A stretch of 55,994 nt of DNA from Candidatus Micrarchaeota archaeon (lineage in GTDB: Archaea > Micrarchaeota > Micrarchaeia > Micrarchaeales > Micrarchaeaceae), in the NCBI GenBank assembly GCA_021812105.1, contig JAKAOQ010000001.1, positions 1-55,994 of the forward strand, written 5' to 3'. The notes under the pieces are model-generated. The model ran no database searches, had not been told where the DNA came from, and was given only the letters and a program-made list of their open reading frames with translations. Every line of letters begins with the position of its first letter. Positions within the stretch are counted from its first letter, which is position 1. The position numbers and the translations under genes were made by a program. Of this stretch, positions 26,929 to 36,496 are shown piece after piece.

Positions 26929-29900
26929 TCACATGAATTTAGCAAGGTTTATTTGCCGCGTCTCCCCCTCTGCAGAGCCCTGACCAAATACGTTTTCTAT
27001 CTCGCTCTTCGCAAGCTGCAGTGTCTGCTTTAGATACGTATCAAGGTTGTAGCGATCGGCAAGGGATATGGCCATATTTAGGTACTTTTCTATTCCACCT
27101 TTTGATATCGTAAGCACCAGCTTTCCGCCGCACCTCTCACACTTGCCCGAAAGCGGAACTCTTCTGTATTTGGCGTTGCATGATATGCACCTGAAGCTCT
27201 GCCTCGAGAACGAATGTAGATTACCTATAAGGTCCGGTATGAAGTGGCTAACTATGAGTCTCCTGGCTGCGTCTTTTTTGTCTATACTTCTCAGTGTGTC
27301 CATCAGCTTGAACTCCGCCTTTACCTTTTCGTCCATGTTGTTAAGTGTAGTGTAAGAGCTCTTCTCTGGCGATAGGGCTAGCGAGTCTGCTGAGCTCGAG
27401 TGAGTGAACCCTAACCCGGAGTAGACCGACTGAGAGCCGAGCCTGTTGGAGACCAGCTCTAGCTTGACCTCTCCTGGGGCAGCGTAGTTGAGCGTAGAGT
27501 TATAGAAGTCAAGGCCGTAAGACTCTACGACTTCCATCGCGTGGACCTCGTCGTCCACTTCTTCAGGAGCTATGCGGACCGTCAATATCAGCGGCGCGTC
27601 CATCGTTCCGCCTATAGAAGTAGCAAGATACTTCCTGGAGAAGTTTATCAGTGCGTCGAGGAGCAGCATGGTCGTATCCTCGTCTCCATCGCAGTTCCTC
27701 CTCCTCGCCGATATCGTATACGGATGCGCAAGGCCGATGTTTGAATTGGTGAATCCGATTATCCGGCCCAGCACGCCAGAAGAGGTGTGTGGCGCCAGGG
27801 TCACGACGAGCTTGCCTATCATATCATCTATGCTGTTCGCGTTGTAAAACCTTTCCATACCGTAGAACTTTTCCAGAAGCGCATCCACGAACTTTGCGGT
27901 CCTCAGCAGGTACTCCGCGCCGCGCCTGTTCAGTATGACGTCCTGATCCATTAATTCGACGAGCTGGTCTCCACTTACGAGCTCCTCCCCTTTGTAGTCT
28001 GTAGTGTAACCGAGTGCGCGTATCCTGTCTACGCTCACACCTATCTCCCTCGGATAGAAGTGTGTTATGGGTGCATCTGTAGCGTCAAACCTCGAAGTGC
28101 CGTCCTTGAATATGTAGACGCCGTTCAGAGCGCGCAGTATTCCTTTCTCCAGCGGTTCGGTTTCCTTGTCCTTGCTGAACAGCCCCTTCACGCCCTTTAT
28201 TAGCGGGGGCAGTGACGATAGCCCCAGATTGTTCTTGGCGGATTCGAGCGCTTCTGTTATAGAGATATTTTTCAGCTCGCTGCCCAGGGGTTCGCCACCG
28301 CACGCATCGCATACCTCCCCCTCGTCCCTTATGCTTTTTCCGCACTGCCTGCACACCCTGTTGAGGAAAGCGCGTGCATGGTGCTTCCTGCAATAAGGAG
28401 TATATAGGGATTCTCCGCCTACGCTGCACCTGTACCTAGCTATCTCTAGCTCGAGCATGTTCGAGCCGAACGAACGCATGCTGTTAGCGTACGCTTTGTA
28501 CAGGTTGCGCTCCTTGCCTCCGTATTCGCCTATAGGGAATAGGACGTTGGGCGCCGGTTTCATGAGCCTCTCCTTGGCTTTCTCGGGCCTGCCTATCCTG
28601 GCGCCTATCCTCGTCGACCTCTGCATTATCCTGAACGGAGATACAGAGTTCATAAGTTCCAGCGGATCCTTGCTTTCTATATCGGTTATCCTGCTCGAAG
28701 CGCTCGCCATAAAAGTGTCCTTGGTCTTTGTATAGAACCCGAAAGAGAGCAAAAGCGAACGGGCGACGTCGCCCTTTATTGTTATGGTATCGTTTATGTC
28801 ATAGTGTGGTACGCAGAGCCTTTCCACAACGCCCCTCGCCGCCTGGATCGATTTTCCGTCGCTGATGCGGAGCTCTTCTATCTGCATTACGTCTTTCGCT
28901 TCGGTCGGTATGGTCGTGGCGGATGCAATCGAAAGCGCTAGGACCTTGAGCTCTTCCACGCTGGTATCCTGGTACTCATAGATAAAAGACGGGTGCATCG
29001 GAACGTCGTATTTGTACGACAGCTCCAGCGCCTGTTCAAATGTGGGGTTTGGCATATCTCCGCTGAAACCTTTCGCCTTCAGCTGGGCGTACCAGAACTC
29101 TTCTACGTAGCTGCTCGGCTGTAGAAGCGTGCTCGTCTTTTTGAAGTCTCCGTAAGTGATAAGAATGTCTCCCACGGACAGCACGCTCGCTATCTCATCC
29201 TTGTACCTCCGTGCTTCGCCAGCGTCGTTTATCCTGAATGCGTGACCGTTCTTCAGCTTCACGAAAGGCCCTTCTATCGAGTCTACAGGCATGGCTATGC
29301 AGCCCTTCCCAGGTTTCTCTACCTTCAGCTGCGTACCAGGCGCTATGAAACTCCCGAGTACAACCATGCTGGCCGGGCTGAAACCTTTCGATGCTATGCC
29401 CGTATACCTTGACCTGCCGTACCTGAGCCTGAAAGCTCCAGGATAACCAGGATACGCAAGTATCGGGCGTCCCGCAACTATCTCGTGCAGAAAGACGGCC
29501 TTCTCCCTCTCGTCGTCTTTTGGCGTGCTTTTATCGAACCTTATCACGGAATTGAGCCACCCCCAGTCCAGGCCGGCGGCCTTTGAATATTTGAGCACAT
29601 TCTTTGCTTTCTGCATCACGCCCTCGCAAAGGACCAACGCCACTCCACCGCGCACCCTGTTCGTTATTATCTCCGGCTTGCCGTTAGCGTCGAGCCTCTT
29701 TATGTTGCGGTGCACGCTGACCTCCGCGTCTTCGGTCGATACCCCGTCTATGCATACCGGGCAGTTTTCAAGAACCAGGGCCATATCCTCTTCTGTAGGC
29801 AGATACTGCAGATGCGCAACCGAATGGTATATCATTACTTCTTCTATGTATCGTGCTATTTCGGTCTGCGAGGCCTTGTACGGACCGATCCCGAGTATCT

Positions 29901-30378
29901 TCCTTGCGTAATCCGCTATCACAACAGACAGCGCTGCGCTCGTTCCTCCGGCGCCCCTTATGGGGCCGGCGTATATGACCGCGGCGTAATCAGAGCCCTC
30001 TTGCGTCTTGTGAAGCTTTACCCCCTGTACACCCTCGGTTGGCGCAACGAGGACCCCTTCCGTGAGTATCGAGAGCCCTACACGCACGGCGAGCGTTAGC
30101 CTCTTCTCCGCATCCATGCTAAACTTATCATTCTTGCAGATCTCCCCGGTCATCTCGAACGCGAGCTCTTGTCTTGTCTTGCCGCCAGCCTTGCTCTTTA
30201 TCAGGTCCGCAAGGCCTTCTATGCCTATTATACCTTCAACACGCGCAGCAAGGTCCGGGGCTGGCTTTATCTCTACGCTGGTGGTGGGGTCGTAACCCTT
30301 GGCCCGCGCTGCCGCGGCCATGGAATACGCCTTGTCGAACTCCTCCTGGAGAGCCTTGAAGTAAGATTCAACCTCCAT
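26929..30378 (-). CDS. dp2: DNA polymerase II (PolD) large subunit DP2
   Basis: 1149 aa with no intein. Cys clusters CRKHHARAFLNRVCRQCG..CDACG and CISCNAKYRRVPLSGKCERCGG. The C terminus QINLAKFM fits the PIP-box consensus. Lies directly downstream of DP1. Confidence 0.93.
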   Translation of the reverse strand: MEVESYFKALQEEFDKAYSMAAAARAKGYDPTTSVEIKPAPDLAARVEGIIGIEGLADLIKSKAGGKTRQELAFEMTGEICKNDKFSMDAEKRLTLAVRVGLSILTEGVLVAPTEGVQGVKLHKTQEGSDYAAVIYAGPIRGAGGTSAALSVVIADYARKILGIGPYKASQTEIARYIEEVMIYHSVAHLQYLPTEEDMALVLENCPVCIDGVSTEDAEVSVHRNIKRLDANGKPEIITNRVRGGVALVLCEGVMQKAKNVLKYSKAAGLDWGWLNSVIRFDKSTPKDDEREKAVFLHEIVAGRPILAYPGYPGAFRLRYGRSRYTGIASKGFSPASMVVLGSFIAPGTQLKVEKPGKGCIAMPVDSIEGPFVKLKNGHAFRINDAGEARRYKDEIASVLSVGDILITYGDFKKTSTLLQPSSYVEEFWYAQLKAKGFSGDMPNPTFEQALELSYKYDVPMHPSFIYEYQDTSVEELKVLALSIASATTIPTEAKDVMQIEELRISDGKSIQAARGVVERLCVPHYDINDTITIKGDVARSLLLSFGFYTKTKDTFMASASSRITDIESKDPLELMNSVSPFRIMQRSTRIGARIGRPEKAKERLMKPAPNVLFPIGEYGGKERNLYKAYANSMRSFGSNMLELEIARYRCSVGGESLYTPYCRKHHARAFLNRVCRQCGKSIRDEGEVCDACGGEPLGSELKNISITEALESAKNNLGLSSLPPLIKGVKGLFSKDKETEPLEKGILRALNGVYIFKDGTSRFDATDAPITHFYPREIGVSVDRIRALGYTTDYKGEELVSGDQLVELMDQDVILNRRGAEYLLRTAKFVDALLEKFYGMERFYNANSIDDMIGKLVVTLAPHTSSGVLGRIIGFTNSNIGLAHPYTISARRRNCDGDEDTTMLLLDALINFSRKYLATSIGGTMDAPLILTVRIAPEEVDDEVHAMEVVESYGLDFYNSTLNYAAPGEVKLELVSNRLGSQSVYSGLGFTHSSSADSLALSPEKSSYTTLNNMDEKVKAEFKLMDTLRSIDKKDAARRLIVSHFIPDLIGNLHSFSRQSFRCISCNAKYRRVPLSGKCERCGGKLVLTISKGGIEKYLNMAISLADRYNLDTYLKQTLQLAKSEIENVFGQGSAEGETRQINLAKFM

Positions 30379-30504
30379 CCCTATCAGTAAATGTCCAAAG
30401 ACTTAGCAAAGTCTCGTAGAACTAACTGTGAATGGCACTTCAGCTTATTAAAGCTTTATAGCGGCCGTGTGTTGAATCCTACACGCGCGGAATTATTTCT
30501 GGAT

Positions 30505-32019
30505 TTATGGCGTATTGAAGTCTATGAAGTTGAACACGCGGCTCTTCAGCTCCAAGACAGGCAGTATTCCGGGAGTTGGAATGTGGCCCTGCTTTATCTG
30601 GTAATCGGTTCTCGTCTGCCACGTGCCGCTGTTCACTATATCAACACCATGGTAGTTAGCGAATCCGTTCTTGTGTATGTGCCCCATGAATAGCACGTCC
30701 GGAATCCTCTCGATTACCAGGTTGTCATTTTTGCTCGGCACGATAGTGTTGCCGCCGTAGATCGGGGACAGGTGCCTTCGTTTCAGTATTTCGATCATCG
30801 CTTTCTCCGGTGCCGCGTAGCTCATACCAGGGACAGATGCTATTACTGAATCGAGGGAAGCGCCGTGGTAAGCCAGAACGTTCACCCCGTCAAAATTAAC
30901 GTAGGTTGGATTCGAAAGCAAGTGAAGATTGCTGTTAGCGAAGTCCTTTGCGAGCTCGTGCTCTATCGGAGGCTGGGGCTCGGAAAGCTGCACAGAATCG
31001 TGGTTGCCCGGTATCATGAAAATTTCTATGTAGTCTGGAACGTTCTCGAGCAGTTTGAACAGCATCCTGTACTGCGCGTAGTAGTCTGATACCGCGAGAT
31101 CGCGATCCTGGTTTGGATAAATGCCGATTCCGTCAGCGTTGTCGCCGCCTATCATCAGATACTTGACCTTACCGGCGAGGTCCTTCTTCTTCTCGAAGTC
31201 GCCGTTGAGCCATCTTATCATGTTGGTGAAGCTCTTCTCCAAGAACAGCTTGCTACCTACGTGGATATCGGAAGCGAACGCTACCGCCACATCATCCTCT
31301 GAATGCTTCTGCTCTCTTATGGGTATGTCTGGCCAGATAAGCTCGTTGGCGATCAGAAATGGTCCCGACACCTTGCCCTTTACTGCCAGAACCTCGTCGT
31401 TCATTATTGTGCCGCTTTTTGCGAACAGCGCCTTGGCACGTTCCGAGGTGCCGTTCATAAAGATCACCTTGACTGTCGACTTGTCGTCCTCTATTACAAC
31501 CATCATGTTGCCGTTCTTTGTAGTGATCCTGCTGCGTACCACGCCAACGGCGCAGAGTTCGCGGCCCGAAGGGAACTTCGACACCACTTCTAGATTCGGC
31601 ACGGGGTTGAGAGAGCTGCCGCGTTCGGCCTCTATAATCTTCTTTATCTTCCTCAATCTGTCGTTGAAATACTCCACAAAATCCGAGACGGTACCTGAGG
31701 TGCTTTCAGCCTTCTTCTCGAAAAACGAGAAGTGCGAACGCACGCCCGAAGCGGCCGGAGAGAACGAGGTAGGAGCGCTGATCTCTACCGGAGCAGGTAC
31801 CTTTTCACTCTTGAGCTCAGCGATCAATCTGCTGAACCCCTGGCCATCAATTATCTTCAACCCTTCGTTTGCCGGATAGTCCTTGTAAAGATCCGATATC
31901 CTTGAAACAAGAAGCCCCGTGTCTATATCTTCGGCCTGTGAAAAGTCAATGTCTGCAGCCAAAACTATACCAAGCTTAGAAAGCCTCTTTGGCAACTCCT
32001 TGTCTATAGACCCGTCCAT
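30505..32019 (-). CDS. dp1: DNA polymerase II (PolD) small subunit DP1
   Basis: Calcineurin-like phosphoesterase motifs: FASDIHVGS, GGDNADGIGIYPNQ, IPGNHD, GHIH. An OB-fold region lies upstream of them. Confidence 0.92.
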   Translation of the reverse strand: MDGSIDKELPKRLSKLGIVLAADIDFSQAEDIDTGLLVSRISDLYKDYPANEGLKIIDGQGFSRLIAELKSEKVPAPVEISAPTSFSPAASGVRSHFSFFEKKAESTSGTVSDFVEYFNDRLRKIKKIIEAERGSSLNPVPNLEVVSKFPSGRELCAVGVVRSRITTKNGNMMVVIEDDKSTVKVIFMNGTSERAKALFAKSGTIMNDEVLAVKGKVSGPFLIANELIWPDIPIREQKHSEDDVAVAFASDIHVGSKLFLEKSFTNMIRWLNGDFEKKKDLAGKVKYLMIGGDNADGIGIYPNQDRDLAVSDYYAQYRMLFKLLENVPDYIEIFMIPGNHDSVQLSEPQPPIEHELAKDFANSNLHLLSNPTYVNFDGVNVLAYHGASLDSVIASVPGMSYAAPEKAMIEILKRRHLSPIYGGNTIVPSKNDNLVIERIPDVLFMGHIHKNGFANYHGVDIVNSGTWQTRTDYQIKQGHIPTPGILPVLELKSRVFNFIDFNTP

Positions 32020-32041
32020 GCCCGCACTCTCACAACCCTAT

Positions 32042-32311
32042 TCACTCGTCCTTTATGGATTCGAGCATGCTCAGTATGTTCCATATAACAGTACGCGCTT
32101 GCGGCTGAAGGTTTATGTCGTTGCTGATAGAATCGATGTTGTATATTGCACCGGATATGCGCATCACGTATTCGCCCTGCGCATTGAGTTTGCTCTTCGC
32201 CTCGCTGACCGCGCTCCTTACATTCTTTGGGACAGAAAGGTCTCCGACTATAGTGTCTATCTGCCTGTTGATCTCCTCTATCAGCTTGGCCACCTCCTTT
32301 TCATCCTTCAT
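32042..32311 (-). CDS. UPF0147 family protein
   Basis: 89 aa. VPKNVRSAVSEAKSKL...ISNDINLQPQARTVIWNILSMLE matches the conserved archaeal UPF0147 pattern. Lies 22 nt upstream of DP1. Confidence 0.7.
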   Translation of the reverse strand: MKDEKEVAKLIEEINRQIDTIVGDLSVPKNVRSAVSEAKSKLNAQGEYVMRISGAIYNIDSISNDINLQPQARTVIWNILSMLESIKDE

Positions 32312-32591
32312 GAAATCACCTAATCCACAAACAGCAACCGATCTTGAATAAGAATTGCGATAGAGAATTATGCGGCAATTTATTTAAAGACTTGCACGTC
32401 CCGCTAAGCAGCAGATACTATATGGATTTTTGTTTGACTTTTTCTAAAGTTAGCATTACAGATAACTCATGAATTGCGTTCAAAAAGTCAGGGATCCTAT
32501 GTTTGCATCAACTCTGGAGTCAGATAGAATTTATGCGGCCTCCTTATAGAGTGAGGGGACTGTGAGAGACATACACAGGGTAGACGTATAT

Positions 32592-33518
32592 TCAGATCGT
32601 TATATGGAGAGCGAATCTTGCGTACAGCCCCAGTGCTATAGTAGCGGAAGCGGCACCCAGTGAAATCACAAGGGATTCGGCAACTCTGCGGGGTATGCTC
32701 TGATTGCTGAATATTGCAATCATTGAAGAGGTGAATGTGAGGACGATTGCGGTAAGTAGTATCGCGAGGGCTATGCCGTAGAAACCGCCAATCCCCAGAG
32801 CAAACGGTATGAGAGGAAATACGGCGCCACAGAAATAGAAGAGTCCAGTGTAGAAAGCAGACTTTTCGGGATGCCTGAATGCGTTTGCGGCAGAGCCTAT
32901 GCTCTTTTCATACTTTGTAGACAGGTATGCGCCGCCAGCCATGGATAGCGTACCAGAAAGCGCCACCAGGACTCCAGCTATAAATACAAGCATGGGAAGG
33001 TGCAGCGCCGCTCCGAAACCCACCGTAGCCGCGAGCACTTCGACCAGGCCGTCGTTCATACCGAATACCACATCGCGTATGTTTGAAAGCACCGGGTTCC
33101 CTGAGACCAGTATGTTTGCGAGTATGTCTTCTACCCTCTCACCCTTCTCCATTACATCTAGAAGCCTTTTCTCATCTTGGCTGAACCTGAACTTCTCGTG
33201 CGCTTTTCCGAGCTTCTCGTTGGTGAGAAGCTTGTCGTACTCCATGAACTTTATCGCGAACGTTATGCCGAATATTATGCGGAGGAATTTCAGAAAAAGG
33301 AGATGAAGGGTGTTGTGCCGGGGGCGAGCCTTGTAGTTGTTGAGCTGCAGGACTCGCTGTAGTATTGATGAATGCGAGGTTTCTATCCTGTATAGCTTGA
33401 GTAGCGTCTCCTTCGCCTTGGCGTTCTTCTCGACACCGGAGAGATACTGGTAGACCTGCGCGTGCAGCGCCTCGTCGTTGTGCAGGTCTGTAAGGTAATC
33501 GATCTTGGTCTTCGGCAT
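32592..33518 (-). CDS. VIT1/CCC1-family iron/manganese transporter with an N-terminal ferritin-like domain
   Basis: VFGMNDGLVEVLAATVGFGAA plus C-terminal TM helices. The N terminus is rubrerythrin/ferritin-like and helical. Confidence 0.75.
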   Translation of the reverse strand: MPKTKIDYLTDLHNDEALHAQVYQYLSGVEKNAKAKETLLKLYRIETSHSSILQRVLQLNNYKARPRHNTLHLLFLKFLRIIFGITFAIKFMEYDKLLTNEKLGKAHEKFRFSQDEKRLLDVMEKGERVEDILANILVSGNPVLSNIRDVVFGMNDGLVEVLAATVGFGAALHLPMLVFIAGVLVALSGTLSMAGGAYLSTKYEKSIGSAANAFRHPEKSAFYTGLFYFCGAVFPLIPFALGIGGFYGIALAILLTAIVLTFTSSMIAIFSNQSIPRRVAESLVISLGAASATIALGLYARFALHITI

Positions 33519-33848
33519 CGTGTCACTGCTCCGACTCTTACCCTATCAGTAATGGAGGGATAGGCTTTATAAACGTTTGAGTGCCGGAGGGCGCAAAACT
33601 ATGCTGAGAGATAAGACGCAACGTATGGATAGGGACGGGTTGCATAATATTAGAATAACACCATTATACAATATACAATACGGCCAATCTGCGGCTCATA
33701 CACACACCCTTACGCCTTGTAGCGTTTGGAGTCAGGTCTTCAATTTTGTACGACACTCCTAAACCAACCAAAAGGAGAAATGAAAACAAGCAAACAACAT
33801 AAATAGCTTGGCAAACAACACCATACCTGGTTCTTAAGAGGTGGTGGT

Positions 33849-34709
33849 ATGGGGGCGGCCTATCACAGCACAAAGTTCACGTTATATATAGAGCCGCAGG
33901 TGTTCCTCAACAGGGTGCAGTACGACACCTTTCTGAGGAGGCAAGCGGAAAATGCGACTGCGTTCATCGGTGCTAAGGATGTATCTGTATTGTTCGAGGA
34001 GAACGGTGGCCTAAGGCCGTCACTAGAGGTAATAGAGGAAAGCACGCTAGTCGGCCTGCTTCGCAGCGCCAGGAACCCGAAGGGACTGGAGATATACTCA
34101 AACGCAAACATAACGCAGGGAGTATTGGAGCCAATCGGTATGGTAGGGTATCAGACTTTCGTGGAGCTGAGCAACATAGCGAATCTGCACTCACTGAGCA
34201 ATTTCTTCAGGGGATCGGGCTTCCGGGGCATATCCAACGCCCCTCCGTGCATACTTAGCTACTCTATCGGAGGCGAGAACTACAAGGCGATCTATCTGCC
34301 TCCGATAGTAGAGATCATGCCAAAGGAGCGCTTCTCGAAAGCGCTCTCCACCGCACAAGCGAGGCTGGATAACAATGAGGAGCTGGAGATACAGAGCGTG
34401 GATGAAGCTGCGGTAAAGACCACGCTGAAGGAGTTCGTGCAGAACGCGAGGTCGATGATCGAAAATTCGGTTAATGGAGGTATACAGGAGATAGTAGACG
34501 GCACTCACCGCGCAACTAGCGCATCCATATCCGGCGCACTCATCAATTATGTCCGCATAGAGGGAAGCACGAAGGTAGCTCCGGGCATTCCAATAAACCT
34601 CAGGGATGTGATATTTGCAAAGGAGAAGCCGTTGAAAAGGCAGGACAGGTTCCTGGGCCTCGACGAGGAGGGCTGGACCTCGCTGAAGGAGATAGGGGTG
34701 GATGGATGA
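33849..34709 (+). CDS. Hypothetical protein with a C-terminal ParB/Srx-like DGxHR motif
   Basis: 286 aa. IVEIMPKERFS ... IQEIVDGTHRATSASISGALINYVRIEG resembles the ParB/sulfiredoxin-fold nucleotide-binding motif; the DGTHR codons are at 34497-34511. A GAGGTGGTGGT SD precedes the ATG. Overlaps the next gene by 4 nt. Confidence 0.5.
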   Translation: MGAAYHSTKFTLYIEPQVFLNRVQYDTFLRRQAENATAFIGAKDVSVLFEENGGLRPSLEVIEESTLVGLLRSARNPKGLEIYSNANITQGVLEPIGMVGYQTFVELSNIANLHSLSNFFRGSGFRGISNAPPCILSYSIGGENYKAIYLPPIVEIMPKERFSKALSTAQARLDNNEELEIQSVDEAAVKTTLKEFVQNARSMIENSVNGGIQEIVDGTHRATSASISGALINYVRIEGSTKVAPGIPINLRDVIFAKEKPLKRQDRFLGLDEEGWTSLKEIGVDG

Positions 34710-35254
34710 ATGGAAAGAAGAGCGTCGCGATAGTTGATTTCGACGATACGCTCTTCTTCGTGCGTAGGTGCATAGGGGCCGCGTCTATAGAAGTCATAGG
34801 CCACAGGCTTTCGAGGGCGCAGGTAAGAAAGCTCATGCCCAAGGAGCTGAGGGGAAGGGTTTATGACGTTGCATTCTCGAAATACTCAGACCTCTCTGTG
34901 CCAAACAGGGAGCTCATAGGCATGCTATCGAAATGGAAGGATTCGGGGATTAGTATATTAATACTGACAGCGAGACCGGAGAAAACTAAGAGGGAGACGA
35001 TGATGCTGCTGAGGAAGTACAGGGTGCCTTTCCACAGAATAATATTCCGCGATAACGAGCTGGCCTACGGCAGAGACGAGGAGTGGAAGTTGGGCAAGCT
35101 GAATGGTATCGCAGATAAATACGATAGCGTGACAATCTATGAGGACAAGCACGATAACATAGCGTACTTCAGGCACGGAGTAGCAAACCCGGAGAAATTT
35201 CGGTTTGTAGAGGTTAAGGAGAAGCGCGGGATACAACTAGGTCATTTCGCATAA
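34706..35254 (+). CDS. HAD-superfamily phosphatase (nucleotide/polynucleotide-phosphatase-like)
   Basis: Motif I VAIVDFDDTL, motif II ILILTARPE, Lys region EEWKLGK, motif IV IYEDKHDN. Confidence 0.7.
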   Translation: MNGKKSVAIVDFDDTLFFVRRCIGAASIEVIGHRLSRAQVRKLMPKELRGRVYDVAFSKYSDLSVPNRELIGMLSKWKDSGISILILTARPEKTKRETMMLLRKYRVPFHRIIFRDNELAYGRDEEWKLGKLNGIADKYDSVTIYEDKHDNIAYFRHGVANPEKFRFVEVKEKRGIQLGHFA

Positions 35255-35375
35255 TTATACGACCGGGATTTTGAACGGGCTTTGAAGTTTCGTACACGAA
35301 CAACGGAGAAAGGAACCGCACTTATCCGCGAATTCTGATATGCCGATTACTTATCGTTAGCATTCAAAGAGGTCT

Positions 35376-36035
35376 TCAATTGCGCGATTTCGTGGTTTTG
35401 CGCTTGAGGTACTTCGAGTAGGCGTTTATCAAATCGGTTCTTTCAGTGGCGTTTTTTAACAGAAAATCTGTGAAATCCATATGATATATGTCCCCACGTG
35501 AGGTGTTCTTTGCTACAATCTGCATGCCACGATTAATATCTCTTCTCTTTCCATCCGCGGTGAAGGCATTCGCCAAGACTTCCGTAAAATAGATTCCAGA
35601 GCGAGCAAAATCATAAATCCTATCAAAAAACGAATTGTCAAGCATCATTATCGCGTTGGTATCCCTATACTTTGGCAACAACATGGTTTCTATGATATAT
35701 ACTGTATAAAGACCTTTTTTGTTGAGTGCATAGATTGAACTTGCTTTTATCTCGCTGTCCAAAAGTAAACCCAGTTTTGCCTTCTTAAAGTAAGGTTCTT
35801 TCAAAGACACAAAATGCCAATACCCTAAAATATCCAAACGCGCGTTGACCAGGTATCCATATGTATACGGGCTCTTTTTGAATACTTGCACCCAATTTCT
35901 CTGCGCGCCTTCTGTAACTTTTGTTAATCCACGCATATATGCATAATCCAAATAGATCAAACGCTTAAGCAACTTATCAGGACTATACCTTGTTTGTATG
36001 AGATTATAAGGTACAACTGCGAGTGGCTTTAACAT
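35376..36035 (-). CDS. Hypothetical protein, possibly a divergent GNAT-like acyltransferase fold
   Basis: 219 aa in a visibly AT-richer stretch. YIIETMLLPKYRDTNAIMMLDNSFFDRIYDFARSGIYFTEVLANAFTADGKRRDINRGMQIV loosely follows the GNAT beta4-alpha3-beta5 layout. Confidence 0.4.
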   Translation of the reverse strand: MLKPLAVVPYNLIQTRYSPDKLLKRLIYLDYAYMRGLTKVTEGAQRNWVQVFKKSPYTYGYLVNARLDILGYWHFVSLKEPYFKKAKLGLLLDSEIKASSIYALNKKGLYTVYIIETMLLPKYRDTNAIMMLDNSFFDRIYDFARSGIYFTEVLANAFTADGKRRDINRGMQIVAKNTSRGDIYHMDFTDFLLKNATERTDLINAYSKYLKRKTTKSRN

Positions 36036-36345
36036 AATATCGTCATATTAAAAAATTTATCAATATGCATGTTTCGCGGCCTTCTGCATTGTATTATTAT
36101 CAAACAAAGCATAAAAACATTTTTAAGTGAATCCCCCACATCACAAACGATGCGGCATTTCAGGATCATCCCGAATGATCTTTTGGTGCAAGTTATAGCG
36201 AACGAATACGCGGCTTGCAGGAAAACTCTTTATCGGAACACTACTCCGGACGCAATTCATTGAGGATATTAGAAGATGAAAAGTATATGATACTTAGAGC
36301 ACATTTACACAGCTTGCGGTGTGGAATTCATGCATTAAAAATATA

Positions 36346-36458
36346 AGCCCCGAGAGGGAATTGAACCCTCGACCTTCTGTTTTCTTGTCTTCTTGATTAA
36401 ACTTCTTTCCAAGAAGTTTACTTACAAGACAGACGCTCTACCACTGAGCTACCGGGGC
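36346..36458 (-). tRNA. tRNA-Thr, anticodon TGT, with a 41-nt intron at 37/38
   Basis: Reverse complement folds as GCCCCGG TA GCTC AGTGGTA GAGC G TCTGT CTTGTA[intron]A ACAGA AGGTC GAGGG TTCAATT CCCTC TCGGGGC T. The intron holds a perfect hairpin, AAACTTCTT-GGA-AAGAAGTTT. Confidence 0.9.
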
Positions 36459-36482
36459 ACGCATATACTTTGAATCGGGCAA

Positions 36483-36496
36483 TTTTATATATTTTT
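36483..36496 (-). promoter_or_regulatory. TATA box for tRNA-Thr
   Basis: The minus strand reads AAAATATATAAAAT 25-38 nt upstream of the tRNA 5' end. Confidence 0.45.

Noticed and set aside
30381-30394. CCCTATCAGTAA shared just upstream of the dp2 start (30381) and near the VIT1 start (33541), considered as a common regulatory motif
   Set aside because: A rough estimate gives dozens of chance 12-mer matches in a 56-kb window. The spacing to the start codons differs (0 versus ~20 nt).
31121-31879. 252-aa plus-strand ORF inside the DP1 gene
   Set aside because: It is antisense to DP1, whose phosphoesterase motifs are unambiguous, and its translation is serine-rich and low in complexity.
36069-36263. 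64-aa ORF in the AT-rich spacer next to tRNA-Thr
   Set aside because: There are no translation signals or motifs, and it lies in a low-GC spacer where random ORFs are expected.
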